This document shows positions 57,543 to 64,000 of a stretch of DNA of 64,000 nucleotides, piece by piece; positions within the stretch are counted from its first letter, which is position 1; each line of letters starts with the position of its first letter. The notes under the pieces were generated by a model. It did no database searches. It was given only the letters and a program-made list of their open reading frames with translations, and had not been told where the DNA came from. The stretch lies in the NCBI GenBank assembly GCA_041305465.1, contig JBFYLJ010000214.1, positions 45 through 64,044 on the forward strand, read 5' to 3'. Source of the stretch: Methanothrix sp. Lineage in GTDB: Archaea; Halobacteriota; Methanosarcinia; Methanotrichales; Methanotrichaceae. The position numbers and the translations under genes are program-made.

Positions 57543-60500
57543 ATGGTGAGTTCCGAAAAAGGGCATGGTAGGTCAGATGCCATCGCCGAGGTCCGACCGG
57601 TGGTGACCTCTTTTATCATTCTAGCCGTCCTATCAGCCTGCGTCGTGTTCTTTTTCTGGATCTTATTGATCCTGCAAAAGAACGATCTACTAATTTGGGC
57701 TCTACAGAGCGATCCTCTATTCCTTTGGTCCAGCACATTGGCGGTACTAGGTCTCGTCTTTGCAGCATGGCGATCTGATCCCGGGTCGAGGTCTCGCCTA
57801 GCCTGGGGAATCATGGCCTGTGCACAGGCGTTAAACCTCTTGGGCGTCATAGCCTTTCCAGCCAAAGGCATCACCCAGAATGGTCAGAGCCTCGTATCGC
57901 AAGCAGATATCTTCTTTGTGGCATTCTATCCCCTCTTTGCCGTGGGTGTGCTTTTCCTGCCAATGGCCAAACTCGCCATTCGTGAGAGGATCAAGGTGCT
58001 GCTGGATATAGGCATAGTGGTGATCACGGCTGCCATGCTCTTATGGATTTTCCTAATCAGGCCGATCTTTCAGGCCAACATAGGCAATGCTATGCTCACC
58101 TCCATCAGCTATCCTATCCTCGACCTTATGCTGCTCTTTGCCCTGCTGGAGATTCTTTATCGAGGCATGAGATCAAACCAGAAGATCCCTATGGCCATCC
58201 TGGCCGGCGGCGTCACTGCCAATATTATTGGCGATCTGATTTACGCTTATCAGTCCATACAGGGGACCTTCGTGATAAAAGGATGGGCAGGTTTCTTCTT
58301 TATATTATTTTATGTACTTATAGGGCTGTCGGGCATTTGGCATGCCGAGGCGTCTCGACTTCATGGTGATGTAGAAGATCCCCAGCAGTCTCAATTACCC
58401 TGGACGAGGCATATCCCCTATGTGTCGATATGTATCGCCTATCTTCTGCTGGTCTGGGTAGAGGCGACTGTTCATAACGTTCTCACATATCCACTTATAT
58501 TTGGAATAGGCGGGATCCTTGGAATGGCCCTGATCCGCCAGGTAATGGCTTTAAACGAGAACATCGCTCTTAGCAAGGCTGCCCAACAGGAGGCAGCTTC
58601 GAGAAAAGAAGCAGAGGAATCATATCGCCACCTAGTGGATAATTCTCAGCAGGGATTGATGATCATAGATCTAAATCGGATAATTTTCGTTAATCAAGCC
58701 CTGGCAAAAATAACTAGTTACTCTGTAGACGAGCTGATGAAATTCACGGGAGCAGATTTAAGGGCCTGGGTCCATCCCGAGGATCGCGAGATGGTATGGA
58801 GCCGCTATGTAGGGAGGCTGCAGGGCAAAGATGTCCCGGAAATATACGATTATCGCGGAATACACAAGGATGGATCCATCGTCTGGGTGGAGATGAAGGT
58901 CTCTGTTTTCAATAAATCGAATGGCACTCCTGTAAGCCAGGCCACCTTCGTGGATATAACAGAGCGTAAGCTTTTCGAAGAAGCCTTGAGCAAGAGCGAG
59001 GCTCGCTACAGATCCCTGGTTGAGCAGGCCTCTGACGGCATCTTTCTGGTCGATGCCAGCGGTCGATATATCGATGTAAACCCCAGGGCCTGCCAGATGC
59101 TGGGCTTCAGTCGCTCTGAGCTTGTGGGCAAAAACCTAGTGGATCTAATACCCAGGGGGGACCGTGAATCAAAGCCCCCAGAAATCCTAGGAATCCCTCC
59201 TGGAGTGACCAGGATGATAGAGCGCAGGATGCTGAAGAGTGATGGCACTGCAATACCAGTGGAGATCAATGCCAGGATGACCGACCAGGGAAATTTTCAG
59301 GCCATAGTACGTGATATCTCAGACAGGAGGAGGGCAGAGGAAATGCTGGGAGCCTTCTTCATCAATTCTCCAGCGGGATTGGCCATAATAGATAGCGATA
59401 TGAGGTTCGTTCGGATCAATGAGACAATGGCCATGATCAACAGCACTCCTGTGCAGGCATATATAGGCAAGACCGTCCAGGAGATATTGCCTGAGCGATC
59501 TTCCTTTTTGGTCCCTCTATGCAGAAAGATCCTGAAGACTGGCGAGCCTGCCCTAAATATGGAGGTCAGCGGCCGGACTCGAAAGGCATCAGGGGCAATG
59601 AGGAGCTGGCTGGCATCCTATTTTCCGATAATGGGTGAAGGGGGTCATATCAAGTATATCGGTTCGGTTATGGTGGAGATCACCGAGCAGAAACGTATAG
59701 AGAAAGCGCTCCGAGACAGTGAGGAGAAATACAGAAGGCTGGTAGAAGGATCTCCTGATATTGTATATTCTTTTTCCAATAAGAGAGCCGGGACCTTTTA
59801 TTCCTCTCGCGTGGAGTCAGTGCTTGGTTATTCTCCTGCCAAAATGTACCAAAATCCGTATTTGTGGCATGATTCCATACATCCCGATGACCGGGCCAAG
59901 GTAGATCTGGCCATTCAGAATCTGGCTAAAGGCGTGGACATAAATATAGAGTACCGCATAAGGGATGCTCAGGATCAGTGGCATTGGCTGAACGATCGGT
60001 CTATAGGTATGCAGATTCAGGGGGATGAGATCCTCATTGAGGGCCTGGCAACAGATATAACTGAGCGAAAACATATTGTGGATGATCTGTTGAGGACCAA
60101 AGAGGCCGCGGAGGCGGCGGCCATGGCAAAATCGGATTTCCTGGCCAATATGAGCCATGAGCTGAGGACTCCCATGAACGCCGTAATAGGCATGGCCAGC
60201 ATCCTTGGAGAGACTGATCTAAATCCTGAACAGAGGGAGTGCATTGAGACCATAAGTAACAGTGGTCAGGCTCTTCTATCCATTATAAGCAACATTCTGG
60301 ACCTCTCCAGAATAGAGCGGGGAAAGGCAGAGCTGGATTGCCAGCCTTTCAACTTGATAGTCAGTGTTGAGAAGTCCATAGACCTAATCGCATCTTCTGC
60401 CAGTGCCAAGGGTTTGGATCTTTCCTACAGATCCGAAGGCCCTATTCCAGAAAATGTGGTTGGAGACTCACAAAGGATACGCCAGGTTCTGGTTAATCTA

Positions 60501-61262
60501 CTCTCTAATGCCGTAAAATTTACCAATAGAGGCGAGGTGGAGGTCCTAGTCCAAGCTAGTAAAAGTGCTGGGGATAGCTATGAGGTTCATTTCTCGGTGA
60601 GGGATACTGGTATAGGCATATCCAAAACGGATTTAGTTAAGTTGTTCCAACCCTTTGTCCAAGCCGATTCTTCTATTACCAAGAAGTACGGAGGCACGGG
60701 CTTGGGTCTGGCTATAAGCAAGCGTTTGGTCAAGATGATGGGCGGCAGGATCTGGGCTGAGAGCACGCCGGGAATGGGAAGCATCTTTCACTTCACAGTA
60801 ATAGTGGATAGTACGTCTGAAATCCCTGCAAGTGTCGCAAAAGCAAGGCCTGTGACATCAGATGAAATCATGATTAAAAAAGACCTTAGCATCCTCTTGG
60901 CAGAGGATAACTTGGTCAATCAAAGGGTCGCTATGCTCATGCTCAAAAAATTAGGTTACAAGGCGGATGTCGTGGCCAATGGTCTAGAGGTCCTTCAAGC
61001 TCTTGAACATAAGCACTACGATCTTATATTCATGGATATCCAGATGCCACAGCTAGATGGTTTGGAGGCTGCCAGAAAGATACGTGAGCGATGGCATAAT
61101 AGGCCGAAGATTATTGCTATCACAGCCTACGCCCTTGAGGGTGATATGGATAAATGCATTAATGCAGGAATGGATGATTACATTAGTAAGCCTATGCAGC
61201 TAGATAAGTTGCAAAATAAGCTCCTTAAATGGGGAATGAATACTAAAATGCCTAATGATTAG
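57543..61262 (+). CDS. Hybrid sensor histidine kinase: multi-TM N-terminal domain, 4 PAS, HisKA, HATPase, REC
   Basis: [39 protein letters not shown]; REC LAEDN...MDIQMP..DG...KP. Confidence 0.95.
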   Translation: MVSSEKGHGRSDAIAEVRPVVTSFIILAVLSACVVFFFWILLILQKNDLLIWALQSDPLFLWSSTLAVLGLVFAAWRSDPGSRSRLAWGIMACAQALNLLGVIAFPAKGITQNGQSLVSQADIFFVAFYPLFAVGVLFLPMAKLAIRERIKVLLDIGIVVITAAMLLWIFLIRPIFQANIGNAMLTSISYPILDLMLLFALLEILYRGMRSNQKIPMAILAGGVTANIIGDLIYAYQSIQGTFVIKGWAGFFFILFYVLIGLSGIWHAEASRLHGDVEDPQQSQLPWTRHIPYVSICIAYLLLVWVEATVHNVLTYPLIFGIGGILGMALIRQVMALNENIALSKAAQQEAASRKEAEESYRHLVDNSQQGLMIIDLNRIIFVNQALAKITSYSVDELMKFTGADLRAWVHPEDREMVWSRYVGRLQGKDVPEIYDYRGIHKDGSIVWVEMKVSVFNKSNGTPVSQATFVDITERKLFEEALSKSEARYRSLVEQASDGIFLVDASGRYIDVNPRACQMLGFSRSELVGKNLVDLIPRGDRESKPPEILGIPPGVTRMIERRMLKSDGTAIPVEINARMTDQGNFQAIVRDISDRRRAEEMLGAFFINSPAGLAIIDSDMRFVRINETMAMINSTPVQAYIGKTVQEILPERSSFLVPLCRKILKTGEPALNMEVSGRTRKASGAMRSWLASYFPIMGEGGHIKYIGSVMVEITEQKRIEKALRDSEEKYRRLVEGSPDIVYSFSNKRAGTFYSSRVESVLGYSPAKMYQNPYLWHDSIHPDDRAKVDLAIQNLAKGVDINIEYRIRDAQDQWHWLNDRSIGMQIQGDEILIEGLATDITERKHIVDDLLRTKEAAEAAAMAKSDFLANMSHELRTPMNAVIGMASILGETDLNPEQRECIETISNSGQALLSIISNILDLSRIERGKAELDCQPFNLIVSVEKSIDLIASSASAKGLDLSYRSEGPIPENVVGDSQRIRQVLVNLLSNAVKFTNRGEVEVLVQASKSAGDSYEVHFSVRDTGIGISKTDLVKLFQPFVQADSSITKKYGGTGLGLAISKRLVKMMGGRIWAESTPGMGSIFHFTVIVDSTSEIPASVAKARPVTSDEIMIKKDLSILLAEDNLVNQRVAMLMLKKLGYKADVVANGLEVLQALEHKHYDLIFMDIQMPQLDGLEAARKIRERWHNRPKIIAITAYALEGDMDKCINAGMDDYISKPMQLDKLQNKLLKWGMNTKMPND

Positions 61263-61274
61263 AGATGGTTTAAA

Positions 61275-61892
61275 ATGTCACTGGTCATTGCGCTGGCAGC
61301 CAGCCGGGAGGCTGTAATTGGAGCCGACAGGCGGGCCATAGCTTTTTTAGGTTCCTGCCCTAAGTTAGAGAAAGAGCTCTACTCCGGGCTGATCAAAGAT
61401 GACCGGCAGCTCCAAGACAGAGCCAGAGAGCTTGGTGCCGCTTTGAAGATAACCAACAGCAAAGAAAAGGTCTGGAGGCGGGGGGATCTGCTGGTGGGAG
61501 AGGTAACTGAGATCTCTCTTGAGCAATCCAGGCGCCGGCGAATCTATCTTGCACCAGGAGCCAGCCTGCAGGTAGACATCACTAGCGGCAATATCGCAGA
61601 TGCAAATGGCGAGGCGAGGATCAGAGCCTGGAATGGAGTAGGGTGCACAGTCTTTGGAAACCGCTTCACCCAGAAGCTGGCCTACGACGAGGTTGGCAGA
61701 GCGGGCGGAAGGGTAAACGAGGCCATCATCAAGAACATTCTGGTCAAGGCTGGGGAGCGCACGGCATCAGTAAGCCGGGAGAGTACGGTTCTGCGAATCG
61801 ATATCAAAGTGTCCGATCCCAAAGCGGCCCTCCTAAAGGCTCTTGAGGAGGACTGCAAAGAGAGTGGCTGGAGGCTATGCGCTCAGCAGTGA
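61275..61892 (+). CDS. DUF2121 / MJ0548 connectase-like protein (proteasome beta-fold)
   Basis: N-terminal nucleophile M-S-LVIA, ADRR.I.F, LE.ELYSG.IK.D..L..RA.ELG, LVGEV, RRRIY. Confidence 0.8.
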   Translation: MSLVIALAASREAVIGADRRAIAFLGSCPKLEKELYSGLIKDDRQLQDRARELGAALKITNSKEKVWRRGDLLVGEVTEISLEQSRRRRIYLAPGASLQVDITSGNIADANGEARIRAWNGVGCTVFGNRFTQKLAYDEVGRAGGRVNEAIIKNILVKAGERTASVSRESTVLRIDIKVSDPKAALLKALEEDCKESGWRLCAQQ

Positions 61893-62557
61893 TTCTGGCT
61901 GGCGGAAACGGCCGCCGCCTAGGAGCAGAAAAGGCACTCCTGGAGTTTGAGAATAGGCCGCTGATCTGCTGGACGGTGGAGAAGCTCTTCCAGGCTGTGG
62001 ATGAAGTAGTAATAGTGGCCCGAGATGAGGCTCATGCCGAGCGCCTGCAAGGGATAATCTCGCATTTTGCCCTCCGGCATGAATCAGGAGTCGTCTTCAC
62101 CTGGGATCGCGTGGCAGGATTTGGACCGGTAGCCGGACTCTCTGCCGGGATGATGAAAGCCCATGGGGATTTTGCCTTCGCCACGGGATGCGACCTTCCC
62201 TTTTTGAATCTCCAAGTTATCGAAAGGCTTTTCGAGCTGGTCACTGAGGATGAAGAGAGCTATGATGCGGCAGTCCCTGTCCAGTCTAATGGATTTTTCG
62301 AGCCGCTTCACTGCGTTTACCATCGGGAGAAAATGCTTTCTGCTTGCGAGTGGGCTCTGCAGATAGCCGAGCGAAGAATCCATGCGCCGCTACAGGAGCT
62401 TCACGTCAGGCGAATTCTTGTGGACCTGCTGCGCCCCATTGATCCGGATCTTCTCAGCTTCTTTAATCTAAATACCAGAGAAGATCTAGATGAGGCCAGA
62501 ATGCTCTGGCCGGACTGTAAGAAGCATGTAAAAAGCACCAGTATCTTTCAGACGTAG
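61877..62557 (+). CDS. mobA: Molybdenum cofactor guanylyltransferase
   Basis: ILAGG.GRRLG.EKALL, GP.AGL, CDLPF, EPL...Y, FFNLNT.EDL. Confidence 0.93.
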   Translation: MRSAVILAGGNGRRLGAEKALLEFENRPLICWTVEKLFQAVDEVVIVARDEAHAERLQGIISHFALRHESGVVFTWDRVAGFGPVAGLSAGMMKAHGDFAFATGCDLPFLNLQVIERLFELVTEDEESYDAAVPVQSNGFFEPLHCVYHREKMLSACEWALQIAERRIHAPLQELHVRRILVDLLRPIDPDLLSFFNLNTREDLDEARMLWPDCKKHVKSTSIFQT

Positions 62558-62730
62558 TGCTTTAGGATCTGATAAATCGTATAGACTACCACCACAAAGA
62601 GCACAACGCGCATCAGCCACCAGAAGGTGTTCCAGAGGATCACCGCTGTTAAAACAGCCAGCAATATCAGGACCAGGTTCTTCTCGCGGCTCAAGGCTGG
62701 GCGCGGCAGGCTAAAATGACGCCTTTGCAT
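62548..62730 (-). CDS. Small membrane protein
   Basis: AGGTCA RBS-like motif; two hydrophobic segments. Confidence 0.55.
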   Translation of the reverse strand: MQRRHFSLPRPALSREKNLVLILLAVLTAVILWNTFWWLMRVVLFVVVVYTIYQILKHYV

Positions 62731-62804
62731 ATCTGACCTTCAACAACGGTAGTATTAATTGTTTTTCCTTACGAACCAAAAGCATTATACATCCCCATTC
62801 CTCT

Positions 62805-63788
62805 GTGAGGGTTGGTGAATTTGCATTGGATAAGCTTGAGCTGGTGATGAGGAATACTGAAGAGATAGTGACGGTTGATGAACTCAAGGGCCTTTTAGAG
62901 CAGAGCCGCAGGCCGCGGGCATACGTTGGCTACGAGACGAGCGGCAAGGTGCATCTGGGCCACATGCTCACTGCCAACAAGCTCCTGGATCTGCAGAAGG
63001 CGGGCTTTGACGTTGTTGTTCTGCTGGCAGATCTGCATGCTTTCCTCAATGAAAAGGGGACTTTGGAAGAGGTGCGAAAGATTGCGGACTACAACCGGGA
63101 CTGCTTCATGGCCCTGGGTCTGGACCCGGAGAGGACGGAGTTTGTTTACGGAACCGATTATCAGCTCAAGCCGGAATACATGCTCAAGATCTTGCAGATG
63201 GCCAGGAATACTACTCTTAACCGCGCCCGGCGTAGCATGGATGAGGTCAGCAGAAATGCGGAGAACCCTATGGTCTCCCAGATGATTTACCCGCTCATGC
63301 AGGCCATTGACATCGCCGATCTCAGAATCGACCTGGCGGTGGGCGGCATTGATCAGAGGAAGATTCACATGCTGGCCCGCGAGGAGTTGCCTCGGCTGGG
63401 CCTGCCTGCGCCGGTGTGCATGCATACGCCTCTCATCCCCGGTCTCAACGGCGAGAAGATGTCCTCCTCCAAGGGCAACAACATTGCCGTAGACGAGCCG
63501 GCTGCAGACGTCGAGAAGAAGATCAAGAGCGCTTTTTGTCCGGCGAAGATTGTGGAGAACAATGCAGTGCTGGCCATATGCAAGTATCATGTTTTCCCCA
63601 GGATTGAGGAAGGGATGACCATCCGGCGCCCGGCCAAGTTCGGCGGGGATGTTTCTTACCAGAACTACGAGACGCTGGAGGCGGACTTCGTAAGCGGGGC
63701 GCTGCACCCGATGGACCTCAAGAAGGCCTGCGCAGAGAGAATGAACGAGATACTGGCGCCGGTGAGGGAGAAGATGAAGAGCGAATAA
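62805..63788 (+). CDS. tyrS: Tyrosine--tRNA ligase (archaeal)
   Basis: AYVGYE.SG.VHLGH, YPLMQA.DI, GG.DQRKIHMLARE, KMSSSKGN, LHPMDLK. Confidence 0.97.
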   Translation: MRVGEFALDKLELVMRNTEEIVTVDELKGLLEQSRRPRAYVGYETSGKVHLGHMLTANKLLDLQKAGFDVVVLLADLHAFLNEKGTLEEVRKIADYNRDCFMALGLDPERTEFVYGTDYQLKPEYMLKILQMARNTTLNRARRSMDEVSRNAENPMVSQMIYPLMQAIDIADLRIDLAVGGIDQRKIHMLAREELPRLGLPAPVCMHTPLIPGLNGEKMSSSKGNNIAVDEPAADVEKKIKSAFCPAKIVENNAVLAICKYHVFPRIEEGMTIRRPAKFGGDVSYQNYETLEADFVSGALHPMDLKKACAERMNEILAPVREKMKSE

Positions 63789-63820
63789 GCTAAATTATTT
63801 TTTATTACATATTTCAATTA

Positions 63821-64000
63821 TTAGCTGATATTGACTTTGATGATCTTGCTCCGTTCAATAACAACTGCCTGAATCGCGCGCATAAAAATCTCGAAAATCC
63901 ACCTCATTGTGGGTCGCTGTGTTGGTTTATTGAGCTGATTGGGTACAGTCTGTCCCGTCTCCTTGAGTTTCTCTCTAAGCTTCCACTCCGCAAAAGAACA
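63821..64000 (-). mobile_element. IS1634-family transposase C-terminal fragment (runs off the window)
   Basis: FAEWKLREKLKETGQTVPNQLNKPTQRPTMRWIFEIF matches the IS1634 T.PNQ..KPT.RPT.RWIF motif. Confidence 0.8.

Noticed and set aside
1-64000. CRISPR arrays, tRNA and rRNA genes
   Set aside because: No regularly spaced repeats, cloverleaf/T-loop patterns or rRNA signatures were noticed by eye.

Overview
Archaeal chromosomal segment, most consistent with Methanothrix (Methanosaeta): it carries an AMP-forming acetyl-CoA synthetase, atwA, methanogenesis marker 14, radA, RPA, smc-scpA, a DUF2121 connectase-like gene, and archaeal metG and tyrS. Most of it is housekeeping genes with scattered IS and pseudogene debris (TnpB 3' end at the left edge, an IS5 remnant, an IS1634 remnant at the right edge) and an arsenic/redox gene cluster at about 42-49.7 kb. 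Two things stand out. (1) At about 55-61 kb, a clear homologue of the Mycobacterium tuberculosis terpenyl-adenosine transferase Rv3378c sits between a geranylgeranyl-reductase-like flavoprotein and a multi-TM/4xPAS hybrid histidine kinase, preceded by what looks like a decayed class II terpene cyclase. This is a candidate archaeal terpene-nucleoside (signalling) locus. (2) At about 15.97-16.46 kb there is a roughly 490-nt, densely base-paired, apparently non-coding RNA behind a TATA-like box, with group I-like P7 motifs, directly upstream of an uncharacterised 101-aa gene. Several small ORFs below the 60-aa track cutoff were read by eye, including an 8-Cys microprotein heading the ars cluster. 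All family assignments come from recognising motifs from memory; no database searches or folding programs were run.
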